Of a stretch of 64,000 nucleotides of DNA, positions 49,577-60,437 are shown in pieces. Every line of letters starts with the position of its first letter. The first letter of the stretch is position 1. The position numbers were made by a program, and so were the translations under genes. A model generated the notes under the pieces. That model did no database searches. It was not told the origin of the DNA and was given only the letters and a program-made list of their open reading frames with translations. Source of the DNA: Leptospirales bacterium (GTDB taxonomy: Bacteria > Spirochaetota > Leptospiria > Turneriellales > JAOUFE01); contig JBEQLE010000011.1 of the NCBI GenBank assembly GCA_040326155.1, positions 1 to 64,000 of the forward strand, in the 5' to 3' direction.

Positions 49577-50269
49577 TTGATGGCTAAAAAAATGAAATCA
49601 AATATAAAGAAGGACAAGTTGAACAAGGGTTTACCTTCGAGAAAACAGTCTATAGCCGAAGAGATGGCAAATGTTTTAACCCATTTTTTGGGCGGACTAA
49701 TGGCCATTGCCGGTTTTGTTTTATTGCTTGTTTTTTCAAACAGACCTGATAATTTCTATCAATATCTATCCATATCGATTTACGGCGGGAGCCTGATTAT
49801 GGTATACACATCATCAACACTTTACCATGCAATAGTCTCCGGCCCTTTAAAAACTCTTTTTCGGGCAATAGACCAAAGTGCAGTACTTTTATTAATTGCC
49901 GGAACCTATACCCCGGTTATCGCCGTCTATTTTCATGGCGCATGGTCTGTCTCCATGTTAACCTTTATCTGGAGTGTCACAGCCATAGGAATAGCATTGC
50001 GCTTCTTAACACCACAGCTTTTTTCACGGGTGGCAGTCGTTTTATACCTGATTATGGGGTGGTCGATTGTATTTGCGTATAATCATGCCGTTGAAAATTT
50101 ACCGGAAGGTTTGTTTCTTTGGATAGGCGCCGGAGGAGTTGCTTATACCGCCGGTCTAATTTTCTATGTATGGAAATCACTTCCTTTTCAACACACATTT
50201 TGGCATCTTTTCGTTATTGTCGGCTCAGCAATACATTATATTGGACTTTTTATAAACCTTACGGGTTAA
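49577..50269 (+). CDS. Hemolysin III/PAQR family membrane protein
   Basis: EEMANVLTH, SSTLYH, IAGTYTP, HTFWHLFV. Confidence 0.93.
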   Translation: MMAKKMKSNIKKDKLNKGLPSRKQSIAEEMANVLTHFLGGLMAIAGFVLLLVFSNRPDNFYQYLSISIYGGSLIMVYTSSTLYHAIVSGPLKTLFRAIDQSAVLLLIAGTYTPVIAVYFHGAWSVSMLTFIWSVTAIGIALRFLTPQLFSRVAVVLYLIMGWSIVFAYNHAVENLPEGLFLWIGAGGVAYTAGLIFYVWKSLPFQHTFWHLFVIVGSAIHYIGLFINLTG

Positions 50270-50718
50270 ATGGAACACTCTGTTCGAAACTCAGTCAGTT
50301 TATTGGACACTAGAAGCCTTTGTTTCGGGTTCAGACTGGCTATAAATTCTTCCATTTTTTTGAGCGCTTTCAATGTTCTTTCCTGAAGAAACTTATCGTC
50401 TTCAACGGTCTTGCTGTATAGTAATTGTGTATCCAGCTTACCAGAAATTATATCTTTTGCCGAGATATCCATCATTTCATGCCGAGATTGGTTTATGTGT
50501 ACAGCCCCCTCGTCTAAAATTTCATCAAGTTCATTTAACAGTCGAACCTGTACGGAGCCAAAACTCATTCTCTCTTCGACCAGTGGAATCAACTGCTTGG
50601 GACTGAAACGAAATATTGTATAAGCACACTCTTCCTGGGATTTTCCTTGCTTTAAAAGCAAAAACCCAAAAATCAGAGCCCCGCCTACCAATACCACGCC
50701 AAAAATATTTTTATACAT
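50266..50718 (-). CDS. Exported helical protein, possibly Spy/CpxP-like
   Basis: N-terminal TM; LNPKQR motif near the C-terminus. Confidence 0.55.
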   Translation of the reverse strand: MYKNIFGVVLVGGALIFGFLLLKQGKSQEECAYTIFRFSPKQLIPLVEERMSFGSVQVRLLNELDEILDEGAVHINQSRHEMMDISAKDIISGKLDTQLLYSKTVEDDKFLQERTLKALKKMEEFIASLNPKQRLLVSNKLTEFRTECSI

Positions 50719-50897
50719 AATGCCCCCATTCAAGTAACAATTTTTCAAGGTGTCTGGGATGACAACAATTTTTAAATCTATTCATAAATCATATGGATAT
50801 TATTGGAATATTTCTTGCAAAATAAAAATAAATTACCATTGAATCAAAAAAATACTGTTCATGCCTTACCACTTTACTATATTTGAATTGACTGAAT

Positions 50898-51722
50898 ATG
50901 AAACAAATCTCTTCACATAGACTGGCTCAAATATCTAAACTGTTACCACTGCTGGGTTTAATCTTTGGAATTATCTTCTGGATAGTGGATGCGGTATTAC
51001 ACCATTATGTATTCCATATAGAGGACAGTGTAATTGGAGCGATGCTCTCCAAAAACCTTGAAGAGATCTGGATGCGGTCCTTTATCGTTGTATTGTTTAT
51101 CGGCCTTGGTTTCATGGGTTCACTTTTATATTCCAGGGTTGCCAAAGCCAAAAACACTATTGAAAAAACAAATATATTAATGCAAAAAGAGATTCAAGCC
51201 AGACAAAAACTCGAAGACGATTTACGTAAACAGGCTACGACAGACTTCTTGACAGGTCTGTTTTCACGGCGTTATTTTTTTGAACAGTTGGATAAAGAGA
51301 TGGAACGCAGTTTACGTTCAAAAAGTTCTTTTTCCATACTGTTATGTGATATTGATGATTTTAAAAGTATCAATGACTCCTTTGGTCACGCCGTTGGAGA
51401 TCGTGTATTAAAAACTTTTGCTTCCAGTGTTTCTGGCGTTATTCGAAAAGTGGATGTTTTTGCCCGGTATGGAGGTGAAGAGTTTATTGTTCTTGCGCCC
51501 GACACAGCTTTGAAATCTGCCGCTAAATTAGCAGAAAAGATAAGAAAAGAGACAGAAACTTTACTTAAATTCAATAAATTCCAGGTAACAGTCAGTATAG
51601 GGGTCAGCCAATTCCACCGAAACGATATACCCGATGAATTGATTCAACGGGCCGACCTGGGGCTATATGACGCCAAAAAGAAAGGTAAAAACCAGGTTGC
51701 TGTGAAAAAGATACAAAAATAG
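50898..51722 (+). CDS. Membrane diguanylate cyclase
   Basis: Two TM, DFLTGLFSRR, RKVD I-site, RYGGEEF. Confidence 0.95.
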   Translation: MKQISSHRLAQISKLLPLLGLIFGIIFWIVDAVLHHYVFHIEDSVIGAMLSKNLEEIWMRSFIVVLFIGLGFMGSLLYSRVAKAKNTIEKTNILMQKEIQARQKLEDDLRKQATTDFLTGLFSRRYFFEQLDKEMERSLRSKSSFSILLCDIDDFKSINDSFGHAVGDRVLKTFASSVSGVIRKVDVFARYGGEEFIVLAPDTALKSAAKLAEKIRKETETLLKFNKFQVTVSIGVSQFHRNDIPDELIQRADLGLYDAKKKGKNQVAVKKIQK

Positions 51723-51740
51723 ATAACGTAACAATTCGCC

Positions 51741-53003
51741 TTATTGTTTTAAATACCTCTTGTCTTTTCCAATTAAACTCATTTTGGTTGGCAATATCAG
51801 ATCCATAACCGGAGCAAGCCGATCTTTTAATAATAGGTTCCAGTAATACCATCGAAAAAAAAGTTTTCCCCAATGATTGGCCCGCGTCTCTTTCAGCAAA
51901 GCAAAAGGTCCAATTCCTGGAATTGGTAAATGCCCAGGCGTTGGTTCTTGCTTATAATTAAAATCGATCAAGTGGGCTTTTTTATAGCCCGACTCTACAT
52001 AACAAAGAGAGTGTCCGTCAAATGTTTCAATCGGTTCCTTACCTTGAATTTCACGCATTAAATTAGCCTCCACAATGGAAGCTTCAAAATGAGCGACGCT
52101 ACCGGCTTTAGAAGTTGCAACACTTGTAATATCACCCAAAGCATAAATATTGGGGTATTTCGCATGTTTTAATGTACCCTGGTCGGTAACTACATACCCG
52201 GCGCCATTACCCAGACCCGAATCGTCAATAAAGCTTTGCCCAAGGTTTGGCGGTATTGCCACCAGTAAATCGTAATCCATCTCTTCTTTTGTCCAGGAGG
52301 TAATTTTCTTTTTTTGGTGATCAACAGAGGCGATCTGGAAATCGGGTTTCATTTTTATCCCTTTGCGTTCAAACATTTCAGTGAAAATTTTACCCGCAAT
52401 TGGCTTTGTAAATACCCCTGACATGTTTGTTACAACTTCAATCTCCACTTGATCTCGAATTCCTTTTAATCGAAAATAGTAATCGGCAAGTGAAGCAAAT
52501 TCGATGGGAGCCACGGGACACTTAATGGGGTTTTCCGCAATATCGATAACAAGCTTTCCTTTCTCGAAACCGGCTATCGCTTTTTGCAAGTCCAGGGCCG
52601 ATTTCATGGTATAAAAATAATAAACGTTTTTATTGTATCCTTCAGACATCCCCTCTATTTCATCTGGGTAAATATCACACCCCAGCGATATAACTAGATA
52701 GTCATAATCAAAACTCCCCGCTTTGGTTTTTACTTTTCGCTTTTCCGGGTCAATAGCCTGAACTTCACTCTTGACGAAATTTACACCGGTCGGAATAAAC
52801 TCTTCAATAGGTCTTGCATTTCCTTTCTCGCCATTATATCCAAACAACTGAAATGGTATAAAAATTAAACCCGGCTGATAATAGTGAACTGACTTCTTAT
52901 CTATAATCGTAATGTCCCACTCTTTAGCAGGTAGCCTGCGGCGCATCTTTGTTGCCATAACAGTGCCGGCTGTACCGGCGCCAAGAATTACTAATTTTTT
53001 CAT
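51741..53003 (-). CDS. Sulfide:quinone oxidoreductase family flavoprotein
   Basis: GAGTAG, HYYQPG, IKCPVAPIE, FDGHSLCY, IDFNY. Confidence 0.88.
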   Translation of the reverse strand: MKKLVILGAGTAGTVMATKMRRRLPAKEWDITIIDKKSVHYYQPGLIFIPFQLFGYNGEKGNARPIEEFIPTGVNFVKSEVQAIDPEKRKVKTKAGSFDYDYLVISLGCDIYPDEIEGMSEGYNKNVYYFYTMKSALDLQKAIAGFEKGKLVIDIAENPIKCPVAPIEFASLADYYFRLKGIRDQVEIEVVTNMSGVFTKPIAGKIFTEMFERKGIKMKPDFQIASVDHQKKKITSWTKEEMDYDLLVAIPPNLGQSFIDDSGLGNGAGYVVTDQGTLKHAKYPNIYALGDITSVATSKAGSVAHFEASIVEANLMREIQGKEPIETFDGHSLCYVESGYKKAHLIDFNYKQEPTPGHLPIPGIGPFALLKETRANHWGKLFFRWYYWNLLLKDRLAPVMDLILPTKMSLIGKDKRYLKQ

Positions 53004-53096
53004 GGTCCCCTTCCTTTCTTTCTTTAATATACATTACTTTATAGGAATATACTAATAAACTAGTAATTATGAAAGAAAATCGTATGAGTCGGAGGT

Positions 53097-55115
53097 TTAG
53101 TACGGATGGGTTTTTCCACCAAAGCTTTTATCTTCGGTCAGGGATGTATTGTATTTATGCAAAACTGTCGGTTGGTAATCGCGCATTGCTTCAATGGCCA
53201 TTCTTTGTTCAGGATAACTCTCACATGCCAGAGGTTTAAATTCGCCAGGATCATTCTTTAAGTTAAAAACTTCGCAGGTATTTTTCTGGTAATTGACTAT
53301 CATTTTAATTTGTCGAGCGTCAATGGAGGCAATGGAATCTTCTATTCCCATAGCAAATACATACTTTCGTCTCATCCTGTTTTGAAACATCGATTCCCCT
53401 TGAATTAATTCATCGTTGTAATCAATTCGCGCGGCGTCTAAAACTGTGGGTAAAACATCAACATGTGAAGTCGGGTAATTAATTTTTCTTGGTCGAAAAA
53501 GATCGGGTTGGTAAAAAATAACCGGAACATGTAAATTTTCATTATAAACCGCCAGCGAATGAATCCAGTTACCTTCGTGTTGCCCGAAAGCCTCAGAGTG
53601 GTCGCCCACCAAAACCAAAATAGTGTTTTTCAATTTTCCAGACTCTTCGAGTTGTTTGTAAATTCTTTCTACAATTGTATCGAGCATACGCAGGTTATTA
53701 TAATATCTGTGAATTCTTTTTTTACTGTCAGCCAAAATTTCATACTTCTTTCCATAATCTCGATAGGGATAATGGGGAACATAGCTGTAATAAGTGGCGA
53801 AAAAAGGTTCTCTGGTTTTTTCAAGCTTTTCAAGAAAAAAATCGATAGCATCATTTTCATTTCTTCCATCAGAAAAGGGAGCCACACCCGGTTTTTCCGG
53901 TATATTTTCAAACCCGTAAAGATCTTTTAACCCGGAGTTTCTTAAAAAATGTCGGGGAAAATAATACTTTATGTAAAAAGGGGTCACAAGATACTTATCA
54001 TATTGTTCATTTAAAAATGTAGCAAGCGATGGTATCTGATTATTTTTTTTCAGTGAAAAAAAGTCAAGGGCAAGGTCAGGGTACATTCCACTAAAAATTG
54101 AAAATATAGACCTGGGGCTTGAATTAGAAACCGCTGTATGTTTTTGCAAAAACAAAGATTGCTCAGAAAGTTTTTTTACAAAAGGCATGGGCGGTTCATT
54201 ACCCATAGATGTATCAAATATATATTCAAAACCGGTGCTTTCGAGAATAATAAATACAAAATTCCATTTCTTTTTGCCGCCCGGAACAAGTTTACCCGGA
54301 GTCACACCCTCATGTACAAAATGAGAATCTATCAATTTAATAGATTCATACTGTGCAGGCATGACCTTTTTGTGCAATGCTTTAGATGCCATTAACCCGG
54401 AATCTTGAATTTGAACCCTGAGCTTCTGATAGAGCGTGAAGCCGGAATCGACCATAAAGAAAATCCATGGATTTCTACGGACATCTTCCGGTAAAGTTTT
54501 TTGAGGTGTATAACCAAGACCGACCACCGAGTTTAAAAAAGCGAAAGCAATGACACCCAGAATAATTTTTTTCTTCCATTGCGATGTAGATTTCGTAAAC
54601 TTTCGTAAACCAAGATACAATAGTAACGGAACAAAAACTAAAGACCAGTCACCAATACTGATGCCGGCAAAAAAATGGTCGAAAGGGTATAGAATCAACA
54701 CTTCTAAAACAAACTCAAGCCGCAAACCAGCTTGAAAAATATTAAGCATAGCAAAATGCGATCCATATGCAAAAGGTATCAATACCAGTAAAATAAACGC
54801 ATTCACTTGAAATATACGAGTCGTTAAACTATTTTCTTTTCGCGCTGCCCTTAGCTCGGCAAATCTGAAAATAATAAAGAACCCGACCAGAAAAATAATA
54901 TCAGAAAAAAGATCTATCCCTGACCAGGTACCAAGCGCAATGTTGTCTTCGGCAACGCCATAGCCGGTGACATTATGAAACAGGTAAAATATAAGCCTCA
55001 CACGATAAACGAAAGTCACGACAAGTAATACAAAAAGAAGATCGACGGTAACCGGACACTGGTCCAACTTTAAGCGCGACCAAACCTTCTTTATCAATTT
55101 CTTGTACTTTTCCAT
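53097..55115 (-). CDS. LTA synthase-like/sulfatase family membrane protein
   Basis: Five TM then NFVFIILES, PHYPY, GDHSEAFG, SHVDVLPT. Confidence 0.88.
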   Translation of the reverse strand: MEKYKKLIKKVWSRLKLDQCPVTVDLLFVLLVVTFVYRVRLIFYLFHNVTGYGVAEDNIALGTWSGIDLFSDIIFLVGFFIIFRFAELRAARKENSLTTRIFQVNAFILLVLIPFAYGSHFAMLNIFQAGLRLEFVLEVLILYPFDHFFAGISIGDWSLVFVPLLLYLGLRKFTKSTSQWKKKIILGVIAFAFLNSVVGLGYTPQKTLPEDVRRNPWIFFMVDSGFTLYQKLRVQIQDSGLMASKALHKKVMPAQYESIKLIDSHFVHEGVTPGKLVPGGKKKWNFVFIILESTGFEYIFDTSMGNEPPMPFVKKLSEQSLFLQKHTAVSNSSPRSIFSIFSGMYPDLALDFFSLKKNNQIPSLATFLNEQYDKYLVTPFYIKYYFPRHFLRNSGLKDLYGFENIPEKPGVAPFSDGRNENDAIDFFLEKLEKTREPFFATYYSYVPHYPYRDYGKKYEILADSKKRIHRYYNNLRMLDTIVERIYKQLEESGKLKNTILVLVGDHSEAFGQHEGNWIHSLAVYNENLHVPVIFYQPDLFRPRKINYPTSHVDVLPTVLDAARIDYNDELIQGESMFQNRMRRKYVFAMGIEDSIASIDARQIKMIVNYQKNTCEVFNLKNDPGEFKPLACESYPEQRMAIEAMRDYQPTVLHKYNTSLTEDKSFGGKTHPY

Positions 55116-55288
55116 ACCGAATTTTGTAAAATCATGTGACGAGACCTCTTGTCAATCGTGAAAAGGTCGTATTAAATTGCAAACAGAGCAGAAAGCGCAA
55201 AAACTTTCTATTTTTTCTAGAATACTTTTTATTTTCAAAAATGAAAAATAAATTGACATTGTACATATTAATAGTAAAAATGCATTCT

Positions 55289-55314
55289 AATGTCACTTTG
55301 TATTGAGTGACATT
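55289..55314 (+). promoter_or_regulatory. Inverted repeat immediately before the radical SAM RBS (operator or leader hairpin)
   Basis: aatgtcact-N8-agtgacatt followed by GGAGG; TTGACA at 55253. Confidence 0.5.
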
Positions 55315-55325
55315 CGGAGGAATTT

Positions 55326-56213
55326 ATGGTAAATGCATTTCGTGTGAGCAAAGTCTTCTGGCATCTGGTAAGACATTGGAATAAAGAACTCAAAGTTCTA
55401 CAGCTTGATGTTACTTCAGATTGTAATTTACGTTGCAAAACATGTTATTTCTTTAAAGACGACGGAAAACATCATCAAGCGGACGACATGAGCAATGATG
55501 AAATTAAAAAACTGTTTGTTCAGTACAGAAAGAAAAAAGTTGATTCTGTGTGGTTATACGGAGGAGAACCAACATTAAGAATGGATATTATCGAAATGGC
55601 CCATCGTTATTTTCCATTGGTCACAATTATATCGAATGGAATTATAAAAGTTCCCGAAACATTCAATAATAGCAGCATCCATATATCACTAGATGGCCTG
55701 AATGAGGACAATGATATTATTCGAGGACCGGGTTCTTTTCAAAAAATTATTGATAATTACACTGGAGACAGCAGGGTTATTTTCAATGTCACTGTCACGA
55801 AAAAGAACTATTTCAAGCTGGATGAAATAATCAAGTATGCGAAATCTTTAAAAATAAGGGGCATCGAATTTCAACTCTATTCAAAGTCCCGAATTTATTC
55901 CAAACTCGATCACGAATTAATTCTGGATAAAAGTGACCTGCAAAAACTTACTGAGATGTTATCAAAATATCATTTAGATACGTTTGTCTATGCAACGAAA
56001 GAGTTGTTAAACTCCTGGCAAAATACTACTTTTACCAAAGATTGCGGTTTAAATAAGTTAATGAACGCTTATGCATCTGATGGTAATAGAAAATACTGCT
56101 GCACACCTGGCATAGCCTGCGAGGACTGTAAAATTTTTCCACCTCATCTGGTGGAAATTTTCAATAACAACTTCAGTTTTATAACGGCATATAAATTTCT
56201 GCGTTGGCTATAA
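55326..56213 (+). CDS. Radical SAM protein with C-terminal Cys cluster
   Basis: CNLRCKTC, GGEP, ISLDG; C-terminal C...CC...CEDC. Confidence 0.9.
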   Translation: MVNAFRVSKVFWHLVRHWNKELKVLQLDVTSDCNLRCKTCYFFKDDGKHHQADDMSNDEIKKLFVQYRKKKVDSVWLYGGEPTLRMDIIEMAHRYFPLVTIISNGIIKVPETFNNSSIHISLDGLNEDNDIIRGPGSFQKIIDNYTGDSRVIFNVTVTKKNYFKLDEIIKYAKSLKIRGIEFQLYSKSRIYSKLDHELILDKSDLQKLTEMLSKYHLDTFVYATKELLNSWQNTTFTKDCGLNKLMNAYASDGNRKYCCTPGIACEDCKIFPPHLVEIFNNNFSFITAYKFLRWL

Positions 56214-56466
56214 TAAACCGACACTTGAAGTCTCGATTTTTCCCGTACAGAAGTTGTATTAGAAAGACAACCAAAAGCTTAACTTTCTACTTTAGCGAAA
56301 GAGATGTCCGAACGGCAAAACAATTTTTTTACTATTTATAGATTTCTCATCACGAATAATAAAAAATATTTGACTTCAAGGCGTCATTTTTTTTAATATA
56401 ACAGATACACTGATCCAAAGGCGTTTACGGCATCAGTTTGTCTACCCGCTCAATTTGCATATAGAT

Positions 56467-57573
56467 ATGAATTACAATGGTATATTATATTTTATAAGTT
56501 TTTTACTTATATTGAACAGTACGTTTTATGTCTGGCGTTTTAAAGACCCCAAACGCCTGTTGCTGGGTTGTGCACTTTTTTTGTATGGAGTTCAATCTGC
56601 ATATGACGGTTTATTCTTATCTCATGATTTTTTAACTATCCCGTGGGCATTTGGAACTTTCGTAGTATGGGGCGCTTTCTTAAATGTTCTTTTATTTCTG
56701 TATGTAAAATTTTTATTAGATAAATCATTTTACTGGAAAAAAATATATTGGCTATTATTTATATACCCAGTGACCCAGATTATATTGTTTATTCCACATG
56801 CTCTTTTGCCCGATACTGAGCAAGTAAAAATCGTGCAACATGCCATAGATATGAACAGTCTGGCCTATTTTCCAGGTAAATTAAGCGACTATCTTCACTC
56901 TGCTTCACTAGCCGGGCTTTATCTTTTCGCTTTCTACTTCATACTGACACGGTTTAAATTCAGCAGGGTAGAGAAAAAAAACCGCCGCAGAGTTATTGGA
57001 GCCGTTTCGGTTGTTATTGCGTGGGTGTTTTTTTCACTCATCCTCGATGCAGAATATATGTACACCCACTTTTTTAATATGGAACAAGGCCCGTGGTCAT
57101 CGATTATGATACATACACTTGACCTTCTTTTTTTAACTTTTTTACAATTCTGGCCCTACTATTACAAAGCAGGGGTTATTTATTTTGACTTAAAAACCTT
57201 TGGAATCGATCAATACATACGAAGTTATTTAGACGGAACTGATATTGTTACCCTCGAAAAAAAATTCAACAAATTGGTTAATATAGAAAAAGTGTATAAA
57301 GATGAAAACATCAGCCTGCCAAATTTTGCTGAGCAGTTAAATGTATCTATCCATCAAGTTTCAGAGTACTTAAACCGACATCTAAATGTAAAATTTCACG
57401 ATTTAATTCAAAACAAGCGCATAGAAGAGTCCAAAAACCTTCTGGATAACAACCCTGATATGAGCATCATTGAAATTTGCTTCGAAGTGGGTTTTAACTC
57501 TTTGCCGGTATTTTACAAAGCGTTTAAAAAAATAACTCAAATGACGCCGAAAGCATGGCGAGAACGCAACTGA
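56467..57573 (+). CDS. Membrane-sensor AraC family regulator
   Basis: About seven TM then AraC HTH (EVGFNSLPVFYKAFKK). Confidence 0.9.
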   Translation: MNYNGILYFISFLLILNSTFYVWRFKDPKRLLLGCALFLYGVQSAYDGLFLSHDFLTIPWAFGTFVVWGAFLNVLLFLYVKFLLDKSFYWKKIYWLLFIYPVTQIILFIPHALLPDTEQVKIVQHAIDMNSLAYFPGKLSDYLHSASLAGLYLFAFYFILTRFKFSRVEKKNRRRVIGAVSVVIAWVFFSLILDAEYMYTHFFNMEQGPWSSIMIHTLDLLFLTFLQFWPYYYKAGVIYFDLKTFGIDQYIRSYLDGTDIVTLEKKFNKLVNIEKVYKDENISLPNFAEQLNVSIHQVSEYLNRHLNVKFHDLIQNKRIEESKNLLDNNPDMSIIEICFEVGFNSLPVFYKAFKKITQMTPKAWRERN

Positions 57574-57576
57574 CAA

Positions 57577-58545
57577 TTATTCAAAATGATTAAAAAAACT
57601 CAGGTCGGTTATGTCGACTGGCTCTCCCGAAAAACCTTTATATATAATTTCAGGTTTACCCGGTTTACCAACCTGACCAATCTTAACAAGAGAGTATCTT
57701 TCAAGTTGACCTTCGACGCCTGCCGGTAAAATAGCAACCTGAGCGAGATCTTCAGCGCCAGTCAATAATGAGGAAATTTTATCGGCATCGGATAAAACCT
57801 GCAAAGGGGGTGCAAGCGGTATTCGGTCCAAATTTATTTCAAGCGCTGCATGGTTTTGCTCCGCCAGAATAACAAAAGTTTCATGAAGTGTATCGGACTG
57901 ATCAATACTTGCTTTTGCAGAAAGTTCGTGCAACCATCTGTTTTCCCATCGCGCTTCGGGACGACGATACAAAGATAAAACAGATTCATCTGCCGGTTTT
58001 TCTTCTTCAAATAGAGATTGTGCGTAAGACGAACCGCCAACCTGTCCAGAAATAACAAGAATATCACCGATCTTTAGTTCTTCCGCTTTTCGAGGCGTAA
58101 AATATTGCGAAGAAGCAAAAAGGGTAAGTGTAAAAGTATTTGTAGCTGACGCGGTAATGTCTCCCCCGATTAAAGCCACCTTATGAATACGAAATTTATC
58201 GGCTAATTCGGAAGTAAAAAGATCTATACCTTTTTTGTCTGCGGCGAATTCAGGGGTAATATTCATAACAAGAAGAGCCCAGGCCGGAACGGCGCCTTTT
58301 ACCAACAAGTCCGATGCGTTAATTTCAAAAAGTTTCGCAGCAACATCGCCCGCAGAACACCAGTCCAATCGAAAATGAACACCTTCCACAAGGGAATCTG
58401 AAGCGATAACAAGTTTGTTATGCTCCATCGATGAAATCGTTAAATAAGCGGCGTCATCACCTATACCAAGACCGGGTATCTCACCGGTATGAAGGGTCTT
58501 TTGGCGAATAGACTCAATTATATCTTTTTCTAAATGTAAAGCCAA
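57577..58545 (-). CDS. thiL: Thiamine-phosphate kinase
   Basis: GIGDDAA, EGVHF, NASDL, IGGD. Confidence 0.92.
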   Translation of the reverse strand: MALHLEKDIIESIRQKTLHTGEIPGLGIGDDAAYLTISSMEHNKLVIASDSLVEGVHFRLDWCSAGDVAAKLFEINASDLLVKGAVPAWALLVMNITPEFAADKKGIDLFTSELADKFRIHKVALIGGDITASATNTFTLTLFASSQYFTPRKAEELKIGDILVISGQVGGSSYAQSLFEEEKPADESVLSLYRRPEARWENRWLHELSAKASIDQSDTLHETFVILAEQNHAALEINLDRIPLAPPLQVLSDADKISSLLTGAEDLAQVAILPAGVEGQLERYSLVKIGQVGKPGKPEIIYKGFSGEPVDITDLSFFNHFE

Positions 58546-58550
58546 GAGTT

Positions 58551-59333
58551 TCAGCCTCCAAGCTGGCGTGAACGTCTGGCCGCACGGCGTATGGCGCGCA
58601 AAATTCCCCGTTCCACAGAGTAATCTTTCAAGGTTTGAAGTCCCGCAATGGTTGTACCGCCTGGCGATGTAACATCGTGTATCAATTCCTGAGGGGCTTT
58701 TTTAGATTTTTTCACCAGCTCGCCGGTACCAATTACAGTCTGAATTACCAGTTTTCGGGCAACATCTCGCGGAAGGCCGAGCGAAACCCCTCCGTCTTCC
58801 ATCGTCTGCATAAAAAGTTCTACAAAAGCAGGTCCACTTCCTGAAATGGCAGTAATGGCATGCATCCAGTCTTCATTTTCAATATAAAAGGCCTCACCGA
58901 CGGCTGAAAAAATTTCAAGGCAAAACTCTTTTTCCACCTTCGATGTAATTTCGTTGGCATACAAAGCGGTAATCCCCTGTTTAACAAGAGCAGGTGTATT
59001 CGGCATAACACGAATAGTTGAACCAGGTACTTTTCGATGTCCGTCTATAGTATGAACCGGTACACCGGCGGCGACCGAGACAATCAGACGCCCGTCGGGA
59101 ATTTTCGCTGTCATTTCAGCAATATAATGAGGTTTAACGGCAAGTATAACGGGCACCCGTTCTATAAAAGCCTCTTCGAGAGTTGCAGCAATAATAATTT
59201 TCTTGGTAATTTTTACTTCGCGAACATCGTAACCAGTGACTAAGTAATTCGACGCAGCGAGGGCTTTGGCAATTGCGCCACCCATATTCCCCAGCCCGAT
59301 TACAACGACTTTCTTTTGTTCCGTTTTTTCCAT
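58551..59333 (-). CDS. proC: Pyrroline-5-carboxylate reductase
   Basis: GLGNMG, RVMPNTP, SGSGPA, VTSPGGTT. Confidence 0.96.
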   Translation of the reverse strand: MEKTEQKKVVVIGLGNMGGAIAKALAASNYLVTGYDVREVKITKKIIIAATLEEAFIERVPVILAVKPHYIAEMTAKIPDGRLIVSVAAGVPVHTIDGHRKVPGSTIRVMPNTPALVKQGITALYANEITSKVEKEFCLEIFSAVGEAFYIENEDWMHAITAISGSGPAFVELFMQTMEDGGVSLGLPRDVARKLVIQTVIGTGELVKKSKKAPQELIHDVTSPGGTTIAGLQTLKDYSVERGILRAIRRAARRSRQLGG

Positions 59334-59382
59334 ACTGTCCCCTTTCTGTTTATTTTAATAATTTTACCTTAATAACTTTACC

Positions 59383-60228
59383 TTAATAATTTAATATGCC
59401 AATCTTCTCACCATAACGAACCGGACTAAACTCTTCTACGTCGGCAATTTCAGAAAACCCTTTTTCAAGCAGTAATATAACGGTCGAACCAAGCTCAAAA
59501 CGAGCAACCTGCTCTCCTTTCTTTATCGGAATTTTTTTCATAAAAACCTGAGATTGGGCGTCTGGTTTTTTTGTGTTTGTTCGAAGGCTATCGTAATAAG
59601 AGAGCTTTATACTACCCACATTGGTAGCTCCCACTTTAATCAACCCGCAGAGTTTTCCGGCAGATTCAATATAGGTTACAACACGTTCGTTAATAGAAAA
59701 CAAACGGTCGATATTGTTCACGGCAAATGTATTCACAGGAAAAAGTTTACCCGGCAGGTAACTCATAGCAACAATATCACCGGCAAGAGGAGAGTGAATG
59801 CGGTGGTAATCTTTCGGAGAAAGGTAGATAATAATATACGTTCCACCCTGAAAACGTTTACGATATCCGGGCATGTCAATCAGCTCATCAAGCGTCGAAC
59901 CCATCCCTTTGGCTTGAATAATTTTACCCTCTTCCAGCCCACCAAAAGTTAATACCCGACCGTCAACCGGCGATACAAGGGATTTTTTAGCAGCGTCAAT
60001 TTTCCGAGCCCCTGGTTTTAAATATCGAATAAAAAAATCGTTTACCGTTTTATACTCAGTAATCTCTTTTTCCATTTCATCCGTATTGATCGAATATTTC
60101 TTAATAAACCATTTCAATACACGCTGTAAAATAGCTGTAGGCAACGAAGCATTGGTAATTTTTCCGGCTGTTCGCGATATTAATTTCAACGGGAGTATTT
60201 TAAAAAGTAGTAATTTAATTAAATTCAT
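59383..60228 (-). CDS. psd: Phosphatidylserine decarboxylase proenzyme
   Basis: SPVDG, YLSPKDYHRIH, VGATNVG, LGST cleavage site; ATG 60228. Confidence 0.95.
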   Translation of the reverse strand: MNLIKLLLFKILPLKLISRTAGKITNASLPTAILQRVLKWFIKKYSINTDEMEKEITEYKTVNDFFIRYLKPGARKIDAAKKSLVSPVDGRVLTFGGLEEGKIIQAKGMGSTLDELIDMPGYRKRFQGGTYIIIYLSPKDYHRIHSPLAGDIVAMSYLPGKLFPVNTFAVNNIDRLFSINERVVTYIESAGKLCGLIKVGATNVGSIKLSYYDSLRTNTKKPDAQSQVFMKKIPIKKGEQVARFELGSTVILLLEKGFSEIADVEEFSPVRYGEKIGILNY

Positions 60229-60437
60229 GTGAGTTTCCAAAGTATTAATTATATAAGAATCGTAGAGGGTCAAGATATTTCGATAGTTCTGCGCGAAAGC
60301 GCATGGCTTCGGCACGGCCGCGAGTGCAAAAACCACATTTTTCAAAAAATGCACTTACTCCGCAATGCTTTGGCGCAACATATTGCGCCGACTGTTTTCA
60401 GCCAGTCCTGCGCCGGGGGTGAGAGGTGTATGGTAGT

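Noticed and set aside
60229..60354. N-terminal extension of Psd
   Set aside because: Overlaps the intergenic hairpins; ATG 60228 gives a normal-length enzyme
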